Shown: one piece after another, positions 12,901 through 24,744 of the stretch
Layout of the letters: each line of letters opens with the position of its first letter
Numbering within the stretch: position 1 is the first letter of the stretch
DNA from: Amphiscolops sp. MND2022
Lineage: Eukaryota
Reading direction: 5' to 3'
Assembly: GCA_964187785.1 (NCBI GenBank)
Contig: OZ076420.1
Span: forward strand, 2,728,001-2,792,000
DNA: 64,000 nt
Position numbers and translations under genes: made by a program
Notes under the pieces: generated by a model
Database searches by the model: none
Seen by the model: the letters and a program-made list of their open reading frames with translations, nothing else
Told to the model about the DNA's origin: nothing

Positions 12901-15900
12901 TCTGGATCTCAAGTAGACAGTGGATTCGCCCATCATGATCATGAGAGCCACGGCGGAGGCGACAATCACCGAATTCTCAACGTTCTTGCATGCAATGCTG
13001 CGGATGTTGTCAATGCAACGGGACCTGTATCAAAAGGGGATTGTTGTGCAGAGTCGAATTATGTAAGATCGAATTGTGACTTGACTTTATCAAAGATCGA
13101 AAGAAGTGAAAATTTCATTCATATTATACCATTGCTATAATCCCGATAAAATTCGATTCTAAATTATTCGACCCTGGAAATTACAGTTGCAATTTTCGAT
13201 TCTGAATAATTCGACTCCGGTGAGGCAACTCATTAAGAAGTTATCAAACATTTTAAATCAAGGAGGTTCCACAGTTATAAGTTTGTTCTCAAAAAAGCGA
13301 CCGATATAATATAGTAGCATTATATACTGTTATAGTTGAAAATCAGCAATTCTGACTTTGCGGAAACAAGCCACGTAGAGACAGTGGAAAAAAGCAAAAA
13401 AAACTGTCCTTGCCCTCAATTTATAGAGAAATTACCAGTTATTTTTTCGTGAAAATAGCGGCATTCCACGGAAAGAAGCGACTTGCTTTGAAAAAGCGAC
13501 CCAAAGCGATAATTCGCTTTAACGCGACCCAAGTGGTCACCATGTGTAAGTCAAATAATGGCAGTTAATTGGTAATTTTTTCGGCCAAAAGCTGATAAAT
13601 TTCAATACATTTTGTTCAAAAATTTCGCCCAGCAACTAATTCTTTGCTTAGATGTTTGGTTAATGTCAAGAAAATACTAGAACCATGTTTCTTATGTCCC
13701 AGGTTTCGTATTTTTCTCAACGCGGAAACACTTTTTATTCTGGAAATTTCTTGCTCCAACAAAAGAATTTGATATAGATGTAAATACTTGAAGGATTGTC
13801 TCCACGGCTGTTTTGACATGTCAATCGAAATTATAACCTGGTTTTTGATATTTTTGAATCAAAATAGCAACATTTCACACCTAGAACAAGTTGAAATTGC
13901 CATCATAAAATATAAGCAGCTTTCACCTTGCAGTCAATATAAAAGATATAATTATGTCGACATCTTATACGAATGAATAGTTTATTTACTGATATAACTT
14001 TACATTGCAAAATGTCAACTAAATAAACGTCAAAAGAACGAAAAAAGAGCTTTCCAGCTCGACATTGAAGTTTTCGCCCTGAACGAACATTTATATAATT
14101 TGTTAGACCAAAATTTCAACGCAAACGATGTCGACATAATGGTATTTGAACCTTGTTTCCATCCCGTGGTCGCTGGAGGGAAATAAGAAACATGGCCCAA
14201 ATATGATTGTCAAATTTCATTGGTAACTAATTCATCAGTCATCGTCTGTAATTATTTATTGATATCCATCCAAAAAAATCCATTTTAATGTTGAAATAAC
14301 AAATAGAAACAACACAATAAACTCTCATTTGAGTAGGAGACAAAATCTGACACCCAATTCATTGCAACTAATTGGATGCAAAAAATGCCAATTAAACGAT
14401 TGGAAGTTACTTGCCAATTATAATGATTTCAATTATGTGCAATTCTGGTGCAATTAATACTAAGATCAGCCCCCTTTCTTTTCTTTGGACGATCAATAAA
14501 ATAGAGATACGAAGACCTATTTTATAAATCCTCCTCCACTTGCTGATGCTTTCAAAAATTGTTTCTATGGGACCGTTACTGACATTAAGGAGGCTCTGCA
14601 GTTTGCAGCGTTTTGACATTTTTACCTTCTAATTTTTTTCATTTATCTTTACCGACACGCCCTCTCTGTATTATGGGCACGTACAAGCTAATAAACAAAA
14701 CTAATTCGTGGTTGCATTACGCACGGTCCTATTAAGTTCATAGAGAAAATTATAAGTTAAAGAAAAGTTATGTTCAATTAATTTAGAACTCAATTAACTT
14801 TAGAGAAAAGATGCCTTGCCTGTATCTGCGTTTGTGGGATTCCTCAAGACTGCTCCAGTGTGCGAGTATCATCTGGAATGCAAATGCCGGTCTTCCGTGC
14901 ATCAGGTAGTGCTGGTAACTGGGCAGACAATCCAGACCTGGAACACCCCAAAAATTTGATTTATTATGCTGTTATCATTTTCCGCCCACATATAATGGGG
15001 GAGGAGAATCATAATCTGTGTTGCTTTTTTCCCCAAATTCTGCCAAATCTCCACGATCTTCATCCACTACTTGACTATTTTAGTTACCAGTAACCAAAAT
15101 AGTCAAGTAACTAAAATAGTCAGGTAGTTACTAGTAGTTTAGTACTAGCGACTGAAATAGTCAAGTAACTAAAATAGTCAACTATGAAGGCGGAAATGTC
15201 CGGTGCTTAGCGGGCGTCTTGTATCATAATACATAGTGATGGTAAAACTTACGCAGTAAAAACAAAATCAACTGGTTAAACCAGAGTTTTCATTGACGAA
15301 ATTAAACCAGTGATCAAAGAAGATGTCCGAAACTAACCTGGAAGAGCTTAAACAGTCACATTTTATTGAAAATTATCGTCCAGGATCACTCACTAAAAAT
15401 GGCTTTACAATGCCCTCGGATTGAAAAACAAACCGTGAACGGCATAAGTCGGTGCCACGCTTCTGATACATACTAATCAAACGAAAATTCGAATTATACG
15501 GATACGAACTAACCGGAGCTGACTGTATTACAAAGCAGAGTTTTGACATCGCTAATTTTTTTCGCTAACCGCTAAACCGCCAATTTTAAATTCCCTATTT
15601 CGCTGAAACATTTTTCTTGAAACTATTAAATGTTTAACTTCAAAAAGTACTTAATCCAGTTTTTGCCAGAAAAAAAAGACTTTTTGATACTGTGTGGGTT
15701 TTACAAGTGAAAGAGTTGGATTTTTCGATATTCATTGTGAAACTCCTTGATTTTCAAAAAAAAGAATTTGGACAATCTATTAGTTGCCACCAATTTAAAT
15801 CGCTTTTAAAATCGCTGAAACTTCGCTGAATCCGGTGTGCGATCTTGATGGAAAACAACACAGTACCGTCTAAAGTCGGCGCCCCACTTGAAACTCAGAA

Positions 15901-18900
15901 AGCGCACAGCCTCATAGAAATGTTCGGGTGGCTTTCAAAACATTTTCATAACTTTCACAGTGGCAAAAAAAGTATCAGAAAAAGCGACCTGTTGCCTCAA
16001 AAAACGACTTTGTGTGGATGAAAAAAAACACCCAAATTGATGAAAAAGTCGCAGTGTCGGAAACCCAAAACAAGAATCCCTTGGAAAAAGGGTCGTTTAT
16101 CAGTGAAATTTTAAAAGAAATAAAAGGATTATTTTGGATTGCAGTTGTAAAATCTTGCGTGGAGGTTTGTTATTTTTATCTTAGAGATAGATCTGATAAT
16201 TATTTTTCTTTATGAGGAAGATTTGTTACAGAAACGATTTTATTGTTCTTCTCGAAGTTACAAAGTATAGTAAAAATATCACAAAACTAACTGGTTGATC
16301 CATTTTCCATGACGTCATCAAAGTTGGGATAAGTGGCAGTTGAGGGCGCGTTGATCTCGCGAAACTTGTTTTTCGTCTGCCACAAAAACAGGGTGTCACA
16401 TCTCAAGTCAGAATTGCCCTCCAGCAAGTCGTAAACCGTCGAGGTTATAACTTTGGGGTAGTTACTAGTCCAATCAGGGATGAGAATTTATTGTAAACGT
16501 AATTTTTAGACATTTGTGAGAAATGTGCCGAGATGTCTCGTATTGCTAATAAAAATTCCTATAGAAAAATATGCATTTCTGAGAAACGTTTAAAATATTG
16601 TCAACAATTTTGACGCCTTAAAGACAAAAACTTACGTTTAACTCGCTAAAGATGCATCCTATTATAAATTGGAACACCGATATTTTCGATGAAGATACTG
16701 AATAAATTTTGTTTGAAATACGTTTTTTCGCATTTTTTTCCATTTTTTACGCAATTTTTGAGGTAAATTTATTGCGCAACTTTTCAATATTTTAACGCAA
16801 TAAATTCTCATCCCTGGTCATAATGGAATGTATCTTCTCAAACGGCTTCGATGCTTCTATGCACTTTGGATTGAAGAGTTCCTTCGTTTCCGAATCCACA
16901 AGACCCCAGAAAACCAGAAGTGCCAGGTCACTCAAGTTTCCCGTTTCGTTCACGTTTTGTTCGTTCCACAGTTTTTTGGAGTCTATGAACCGCTGACCCC
17001 AGTTTTTAACATCACCACGGGACGCTAATGACGTCATGAAAATATTCACAACTTGACGCACTTTGAGATCTAGGTTCTGTTCATTGAGGTTCAACACGAA
17101 AACGTCTATCAGCGGAAGTAGCGAAAGGAGACCATCTTCGTGAATAAGTTCATTACCGGACAAGAATTTGCAAAGTTCCAATAAACTGCTGTTTTTTCCT
17201 TCCGCTTCCATAAAAAGTCGACGGTTATGTATGTTTGAAAAACGAAGGTTCTGAAACGTCTCCGAAAACTTGAATTTATCCGTCAAGTAAATACTGTCCA
17301 ACACTTCAAATATCAGTTCTCTGAACTCAGATGTCATTGTTATGTCGAAGACTTGTTGAAAATCCAAATCTGAGCAGCTAATCACTTCTTCAAGCGAAGA
17401 GCTGAGACCAAACTTCAGCGCGAAAACGAAGTCTTGGAAGGAATTGAGGTTGTTTTTGGAGTAACTCAAGGCAGATTTGAAGTCTAGAAACGCTTCAGCG
17501 GACATTCGGGACAAACTGCTGATTGAAAAACTGTACATTCCCAATTGGGGGTCTTGAAACAAGTTGAGATTTCCGTCATCAACTGCATTTTTGACCGCTT
17601 CTATCTTTTCGGAATCGCCGTTGATTTGACCTTGAAGAACAGTTTCAAGAACCGGAACTTTGAAGGATCTTTGCTGCAGGCGTGAAATGATTTCATTTGG
17701 GTTTAGATCAACTTTCCGGAGACAAAACACAATGTCGTCTTGATGGGAGTTTTTGAATAACATCTCAGCTGCCGTTTTACAGGCCGCTTTTTGGGACGAG
17801 AAAGCATCGTAGCTGAAAGCTGCCAGATTACTCATTGATACCCGGCTAGCTCGGTCCCTTTGTCAACAATGTTACACAAGTTTTGAAATGTTGCTCAAAA
17901 ATGGTCAACTTGAGATTCAGTGGATTAACAAACCGCTTTTTCATCAATCAATGTTTGTTTTGACCGAATTCTTGTCGAACGAGACAGGAACGTCTCAAGT
18001 CGACGCTGAACTCAAAGTTCAAAAAGCGCAAAGTTTTCAAAATATGCTAAGGACGTCTGATTTCAGACGAAAAATGAGAATTTTGAAACTGTCTCATAGT
18101 GCCGAAAAACGCAAAAGAGGAGAAGGACCCTTTTTGTCATCGAATCTTGAGAGAAAGGTCACTGTAAGAGTTGAGTATTTTTTGTTTCACAGAAATCGCC
18201 GACTAAAAAACAGCATTTCTAAGGTTCTTTATTGCTTTATTATTCCTAAATTACTAGCCAATGGGCGAAATACGTCCATGTACGCATTTTCATTCGAAGT
18301 ATTTTCATTTTCCTAGAGAAACTCTTACGGATAGTTTAATACATGCTAGTACTTCAGTATTACCTGGAAAGCAACTGAAAAAGTCCAGATAAGCTAAGCA
18401 TTCATTCTCGAAGATTCAGACTTCTAACGGAAGAACTTTTCTACAAATCTTCATTGTTTTTCTCAATATTTGAGAAGTTAAACTTGAACAACTTCTAGAC
18501 GTGTAACAGTGCCTCTTGTCTGAAACATCTTCTTGAATCGACTGGTTGAGAAGCGATTGTTTAGATTGGATTTTTTCCATAAACCCGATTCCGCTTCTCA
18601 GGCGTCTCAGACAATGCCCAACTTCAGCCAGAACATCTTTCCAGTTGAAATTCGCTCTGCTTTTCTCGTTGAGACACTTGAACACCGTTATAAGATGCTT
18701 CAAAAACATACAAAGAAGCGCCTTGGTTTCAGGGTTCGTCCCCACAACATTCGATCGACAAACTTCGTTGCAAATTTGATTTATGGCCGAGAGGTAATTG
18801 TTGGAAATTTCTTCCGAATCCAGATCGAAACTGTTATGGGACCATGCCATCTATTTGCCCCAAACTGCTTGGGGATAAGACACAAGGTACAAATACCATT

Positions 18901-21900
18901 ATGTCGACATCGTTTGCGTTGAAATTTTGGTCCAATAAAATAATGTCGACACAATCCTATCCATTACATTGACTGTCAGTTAAAAGTTGCTCATTAGATT
19001 TTATAGCGGACAAAATTTGCTCTGAAATAGGGGGCCTTTTATACGATTTTAGCTTGTTCCAAACGTGAATTTCTGCTATTTTTGGATAATACAGTAAACC
19101 CTCGATTATTCGCCAACTTTGGTCATCCGCCACAAATCTACCGGGACATTTTGCTATAACACCCGTTTCTAAGTTCCCTTGATTAACCGCCACTCTCACT
19201 TATCCGCCATAATTCTGGCTGGACCGATAGTGGCGGATAATCGAGGGTTTACTGTAATATCAAAAAATGAGGGTAATTTTTTGCCTGAAGTGTCAAAACA
19301 GTTGTAGAGACAATCCTCTAAGTATTTACTTTCATATAATATTCTCTTACTCGTGAAATATATTTATTCAAGAACAAAATGTGCTTTCGTGTTGGGGGGA
19401 TATTCCCAACAAGGTGTACCTAAGGGGGGGGGGTTTGATGATATGGTCCCTGTTGTGCTCTTCGAAGTAAATTAGCCAGCGGTCCAAGAAGTAGCCAATC
19501 AGATCGTTTTGAGTGTCGAGAACGTTTTTGGGTAATTTGTATCCAGGTAACCCGGCTTTGGTTTCACTGTTCAAGTCGGTGAATCTATCCAAGGCGGATA
19601 TTCCAGAAAAGTTGACAATCTTTTCCAGCAAAGTAGCCGAAGCGACGCCTGATATGACTATCTTGATTTTACCCCTTTCCACAATGGCAATACCCTGGAT
19701 CAATAGTGTACATTTTTAAGCAATTCAGGATTGAAACGAAGTTGGAATTTTGAAAAAAAAATAGATCTTTAATTCTGATAACTTTTGTAATTAAAAAGGT
19801 AAAGAGGATTCCAAAAATAAGCAACACTTATAGAAAAAAAACTCTGATGATAGAACTCTCCAATTTTTTTTTCGCTAACTTAATTATATCATTGAGGTTC
19901 AAACACGAATCACCTAGCAATCGCAAAAAGCTGGTAATGGAACAAGCCGGGAACGTTCTGCAAAAGAACACAGGTGCTGAATATGCTCAAAGGCCGTTTC
20001 GAAAAATTCTGAAAACTTTCAAAAAATCTTAAGGTGTCCCGTCAGGCTCGAATAAAACATTTACTTAACTGGAAAGGTCAAGCAAGACAAAAGGACAACC
20101 TTTAGTTGTTTTCTTAATCAAAGTGGAAAACCATTTTCATCACTTCGACCGACTAATTGAAAAAAAATCTACCAAAAGGGACGAAAAGTCATCACTATAA
20201 CAGTATAATTCGAAAAAAACGCAACACAGATAATGATTTCTTTGGCATGTGAATGAATGTAGACAAGAGCGAGGCAGACACCTGGACTGAAGGACAAGGC
20301 ACCGGAATCTGATCAGCCTGCAAGCCAATTTGTCTGACACACGAGAAGTTCTCTCCGTCCAAGATGACCACTTTCTCCCGGTTCCACAGGTACACACAGT
20401 TCTCGAACACCACGCAATTCTGCACATTCTCCAGCGCCACCGAAGTCTCGCTCCATTTCGCTGTGCTGAGGTGGTCTCTGTCTGTTTAAAAATCAGGATG
20501 GGTAATTGTGGTAGACTTGTAATTTATCATTACCCTAATGCCGAATTGCAAAAATTTTTCCGAAAAATCGTACCATGACAAAAAAAACAATGGACCCTTT
20601 CGACTTGAAAATGCCTTTTCTTATTCATAATATTAAAGAAAGGGCGAAATCAATTTTTGAAAAAGCTCACAGTTCCGAAAATAACCTATTAGGTTCCGAA
20701 ACAAAACTTTATTTAATCCGAATGAGTACCGTATTTCTTCGAATACAGGCCGCCGGTTGTAAGTTTTTTCCGTAAAGATTTCGCGGCCTACATCCGAAGA
20801 AATATGGTAAGCTACGACTTTCAAGATGAAATTTACAAGCTTAATGCGGCTTCTAATCGGGGGCGACTTCTATTCTAGAGGTGTACCGGACAGCAAGTCC
20901 GGTCCGGTATTCGGCCGGATTTCAGGAAAATGTCCTGTCCGGTATCCGGCAGCCCTTTTTACAATGTCCGGCCGGATATTATCTTAACATAATAATCTTA
21001 AATAGGAATATCTAACTTAAAAAAAGTGTATGTGCATCAAAATATTGAATTTGTGATTGTGAATCAAAATTCATTAAGTTATGGCGGAGGGAAAATTTTT
21101 CACCGTTCTGTGGTAAAAGCCTGCTTAGTTTTTCGTAATCATCATTGCCCAATTCAGAAAACAGCCCTCCATCGCTTACAATTGAGGACAATGTCCGGTC
21201 CGGCCGGTATCCAGCTTCAATCAGTCCTGTCCGGTTGTCCGGCCGGACGGAAACTTTCCTGTCCGGTGCACCTCTATTCTATTCGAAGAAGTACCGTGAT
21301 GTAACATGAGAAACATGATTAGATTATGTAATTTACACATGTACCTGCTAACGCAGAAGCGTGAGAAAACGCCATATTGAAAAGATACGAGTCAGAATAC
21401 AGTTACGCCAATTCACTTGCTTTTGCCAATTCTATTTCTTTTGCCACCTCGTAGTAAGCTATACCAATAACTCACTGTTGTTTCAAAGATTTAGAAGCTG
21501 AACCCTCCTACAGTTTACTTGAACCAAGAGTTTCACAAACGCTTTTTTCAGAGCGCTCAAGCGGCTCAACTTTGAGCTGCACAAAAAGTGTAGGGTTATG
21601 CGTCGTAATGTTAGACATGGCTATTTTTTTCGCTAATCGCTAAAGTGGTAAATTCAAAATCGCTAATTCGCTGAAAACTTTTCATCGAATTATTAATTGT
21701 TTGAAATCAAGAATGTTTTCGATATAAACGATAACTTACTTAATTCAAATTTTGCAAGAAAAGCGAATTTTTACAGGGTTTTACAGATGAAGAGTGGGCA
21801 TTTTTCAAATTCATTTTGAACCTCCCGAGTATTTTCGAGGGAATTTTGAATTAGGACAATCTATTAATTGCCGCTAATTTGAATCACTAATAGAATTGCT

Positions 21901-24744
21901 GAAAAAATCCGCGGTGGTTGTTAATTCGCTAAATTGCTGATAAGCGGTGTCAACACTGCTTGAACGTCGAAAAAGTTTGAATAAATGGCCTTTTTGGGCT
22001 CCAAAAGATGTTTTAATTCAAGATGACATCAAACAAAGCTAGAATCCTTTTCTGAAAAAAACCGTTCAAACCTTTGCAATTTTAATGAAATGGTCGCAAA
22101 ATGAAGAGGAGATCCCTTTTGAACACTTTTAAGGTCTCTTGAACTTTTTGGCGCGCTAAAAGCGGGACCCTTCGGATTTTTCAACATTTCTGTCGCAAAA
22201 CATCAAGAAATTGAAGGGGGGAACCTCTGAAATTTTTTAACATCCATTCTATCGCAAAATATAAAAATTGAAGGGGGCCCTTTTGAGACATTTAAAAATT
22301 TGCGAAAAAATTCTCACAAAGCCGAAATAACGTCCTTCTGCTTGGCAGACCTCAAAAAAGCCTAATTAACCTCTATGCCAAGTGGCAGTAGAAGTTACAT
22401 TAGTGTGGCAGTTAGTGGAAGCAACAGCTTCAGCTTATATGCTTATAAAATCTGTCACTTCGTTGGTCTTAAAAAAGCCAGAGCTATAGTCTGCGTTTCC
22501 TACGAAAAGCGCCGACTAAAAAGTAAATGAAAAAAGTTCGATTAAAATACTCACTCTGATCGTCATTAATCGCGTTTTCGAGGACGTATAGCTCTTCGCC
22601 CCAGTCGAAAGGGATCACATTAGCATCATTCTCACTCTTCGAAAGTTTCAGTGGCATCGAAAAGATGGATTGTGGAGAAAGTATGATCAGTTTGTTCTGA
22701 ACAATTGACATTGACATGAAATCGGAGCCCGGCAAAGTGGCTTTGACGATGCTGGTTTTTGATTGGCTGTTGAAAACGATGACGTCATTTGATACCAATG
22801 CGATGACTGAAGACTCGTAAAGTAAAGCACTTGAGATTCTGGCACCTGAAAAGGGTTTATAAACGTTAGACCAAATATCAAATATTTGGGGTGTATAAAA
22901 TTGTTCTCAAAAGTTTAGCAATGTGAAAACCATTGAAGTCAGTGTTTGAAAATTGCTATTTTTTGCTAACCACTACACCCGCTCAATTTGAAATCGCTAA
23001 TTAGATGAACACGATACACGATTTTCAGTACACGAAACAATTCACAGAGAGCAACTCACCTGGAACTAGCATCTGGCTGCCAAGTTTGATGGCGTAGTTT
23101 TTGAAGCCAATCTGGATGACACTGAAGTCTCCCCTCTGGCCCACGACCAGAAACTCGTTCACTCTGGTCTCCGACACCCGGCACACCACCAGAGGCAGGA
23201 ACACGCCACAGTCCAGAGGGGTGAACTTGGTGTTATAGTCTGGGTCGGCTGCTGCCAAGTCCAGGATGTAGAAGCTGTCTCTGTTCCAGCCCGCGAAGAA
23301 GGCGCCCTTCAGGTGGGCTTTGAGACACACCACTCGCATCAGGGAGTTCCATCGGAGGTCCACCTAGAGATGAGCAAGCAGCTCGATTGTCAGTTGGTTA
23401 CGCATTATCGGAATGCACAAAAAAATTTCAGTCGAACGCAATGTTTTTCTTGAACGACACTTCAACAAATTTGACAAACAACATTTGACTTTATCAAACA
23501 AGCAACGGAAAGCACGCTAAATCCGATTTTTTTCATGCGACTTTTTTAAAACTTTTTTTATCGAAACCCCCCCCTCCCGCTCAATTTTTACCAAAAACTA
23601 AACGTCATTTCAACTTATTCTTGATCTTTTGACAGTTTCATCCATAGTTTTTTAACAAGTTTTATGCTCAATTAACCCATATAAATCTACTGAATCCATG
23701 GATGTATTTTAATTTCAAAAATGAATAACCGTTTCGAAATAACTGTTTTTGAAATATTCCAATTTTCACAGAAATATTCAAACATGGTCATCACTAGTGG
23801 GCGACCTCTTGAGATGCTCAGAAATCAAGCAAAGATTTTTTTGAGGTTCAACTTTTCGAATTATAAATCTTTCGTTTATGGGCGTTTTCAGAATTAAATA
23901 TCTGATTTGAATTTGATTTAACGAAAATCATGGCATTTTCATTTCTAAATTTTCAACATTTTCAGTTTTTTATTTCAATAAAAAAAGATATTATTCGAAA
24001 ACAGCAATGATCTGACTTCAAAGCGTCAAGGATTCTCTTTCGAATAAATTCTTCATTCACAGCACAGAAAAAACATACTTTCGATATAACCTCAAAAATT
24101 CGGATATAACCTTCTGGGCTAAATGGTAAATTTCGAAATTGGTAGACCTTTTGAAGAACTATTTCGGTCAGTTCGCGTGGATTGAAAAAAACGTCCGAAA
24201 GCCACTATATTAGTTGCGTTTTTAGTCCAGAACCTCGAAAACATACTAAGGACCTCCCCCCTTTGACATTTAAATATACTAAGGATCTTGATGTTTTTCA
24301 CTTGAATTTTTTCGACTTTCGAAAAGTTTTGGATTGCACCAAATGTCCTTCAATTTGGCAACAGAATGGGTGTTTAAAAAAAACCAAAGGGTCTCCCCTT
24401 TAATTTTTTTCGGCACTGTTACACTGTTCAAAATACTTGTTAGTTCATAGAAGCGCCGACTAAAGAACGATGGCTTACTGTCGCAGAAATACTCAAACTT
24501 GGTATGGTCATCACTAGAAGGCGACCCAGACCTCTTGAGATGCTCGGAAGTCGAGTAGAGCGTGGGCGTTGTCTTTGGAGCTGCGGAAGAAGTGGATGGT
24601 CCTGTTGAACACGAGCAGTCCGAACAGCGAGTATCGAGAGTCGGCTGTTCGGTGGTCGATCTGGCCGATGTAAATGACGTCATTCTTGTTCGATGACGTC
24701 ACTTGGTCGTGAGGCAACGAGGCCTCCAAGGGCAACACAATCAT
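1815..24744 (-). CDS. SPG11: Spatacsin (SPG11), 13-exon model of about 2064 aa: 24744-24532, 23363-23060, 22845-22555, 20481-20282, 19694-19450, 18830-18513, 17857-16814, 13024-11526, 11123-10948, 9096-8224, 4188-3781, 3271-2835, 2001-1815
   Basis: The C-terminal exon DYFEAYNCFNQDKKFSEARFCLKQAKLCALQIQLL...LEAYDKAPVLLPRFLCQKVIIGGDFKLFTAF resembles the spatacsin C-terminal domain (recalled human DAAESYAKDSCVRQAQHC..KLITLQIHFL..AEAYDFVPDW..QQVILKGDFNYLEEF). Exon phases chain consistently to 6195 nt. The N-terminal exons are assigned by phase and colinearity only. Confidence 0.8.
2119..2230. repeat. Near-perfect 112-bp palindrome (foldback)
   Basis: Arms of about 55 bp around ccctgata-g-tatcaggg; 2 mismatches plus a 1-nt bulge. 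Confidence 0.9.
2835..3271 (-). CDS. SPG11: SPG11 exon 12 (spatacsin C-terminal domain)
   Basis: Contains ORF 2804..3178; acceptor aaag|gtc, donor AG|GGATGA. Confidence 0.85.
3781..4188 (-). CDS. SPG11: SPG11 exon 11
   Basis: ORF 3694..4167 extended to acceptor ccaag|ttc; donor AAA|GTCAGA; LLDFIDNHP resembles spatacsin LLDYIKRCRP. Confidence 0.75.
4702..6950 (+). mobile_element. 5'-truncated copy of the same LINE (RT region plus 3' UTR and (TAA)n tail), in SPG11 intron 10
   Basis: Nearly identical to 35845-38092 (only three amino-acid differences seen in ORF 4738..6747); tail at 6922-6950; AATGA at both junctions. Confidence 0.95.
7102..7330 (-). pseudogene. hAT transposase C-terminal dimerisation-domain fragment
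   Basis: ALDLLSMAPSSGGLERVFSTTG...NRL motif. Confidence 0.75.
7649..8200 (+). mobile_element. Dispersed non-autonomous element, family M (AACAAG.CGGGA..AAGTCGGCGC ... GCGCCGACTAAAAA)
   Basis: Subterminal inverted AGTCGGCGC/GCGCCGACT and an internal aaagggggaccctttg repeat array. Confidence 0.75.
8224..9096 (-). CDS. SPG11: SPG11 exon 10
   Basis: 302-aa helical ORF 8215..9123; acceptor ttccag|gcg, donor AGG|GTTGGC. Confidence 0.75.
9128..9523. repeat. Family H copy 2
   Basis: Same terminal hairpin and body. Confidence 0.85.
10948..11123 (-). CDS. SPG11: SPG11 exon 9
   Basis: ORF 10918..11205; acceptor ctag|gc (phase 1), donor AGA|GTAAAT. Confidence 0.65.
11526..13024 (-). CDS. SPG11: SPG11 exon 8
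   Basis: 502-aa ORF; NSVIVASAVALMIMMGESTVYLR resembles spatacsin SIGAACVCFLELLGLDSLKLR; acceptor atacag|g, donor GAG|GTTGGG. Confidence 0.8.
16814..17857 (-). CDS. SPG11: SPG11 exon 7
   Basis: 347-aa ORF 16792..17835; acceptor caaag|g; donor probably AG|GGATGA. Confidence 0.7.
18513..18830 (-). CDS. SPG11: SPG11 exon 6
   Basis: ORF 18416..18850; acceptor cataacag|t; donor AG|GCACTG (alternative AC|GTCTAG at 18500). Confidence 0.6.
19450..19694 (-). CDS. SPG11: SPG11 exon 5
   Basis: ORF 19368..19703; acceptor atccag|ggt; donor AG|GGACCA (alternative AG|GTACAC at 19419). Confidence 0.6.
20282..20481 (-). CDS. SPG11: SPG11 exon 4
   Basis: Acceptor aaacag|ac (phase 1), donor CAG|GTGTCT; beta-propeller-like sequence VVFENCVYLWNREKVVILD. 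Confidence 0.6.
20876..21276. mobile_element. hAT-type MITE, 401 bp
   Basis: 18-bp TIR TAGAGGTG(T/C)ACCGGACAG; exact 8-bp TSD TTCTATTC (20868-20875 and 21277-21284); internal ccgg-rich repeats. Confidence 0.9.
22555..22845 (-). CDS. SPG11: SPG11 exon 3
   Basis: Acceptor ttttcag|gt, donor A|GTGAGT; phases match both neighbours. Confidence 0.6.
23060..23363 (-). CDS. SPG11: SPG11 exon 2
   Basis: Acceptor ctctag|gtg, donor G|GTGAGT; GC-rich coding-like composition. Confidence 0.6.
24532..24744 (-). CDS. SPG11: SPG11 putative first coding exon
   Basis: ATG at 24744, donor GAG|GTCTGG in phase with exon 2; the true start could be further upstream. Confidence 0.5.

Noticed and set aside
15070-15185. 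Hairpin plus tandem aaatagtcaagtaact repeats as an ncRNA
   Set aside because: It is part of a dispersed repeat with no RNA-family features.
16792-18850. Independent single-exon genes starting at ATGs 17835 and 18850
   Set aside because: Both fit in phase as internal SPG11 exons with AG acceptors.
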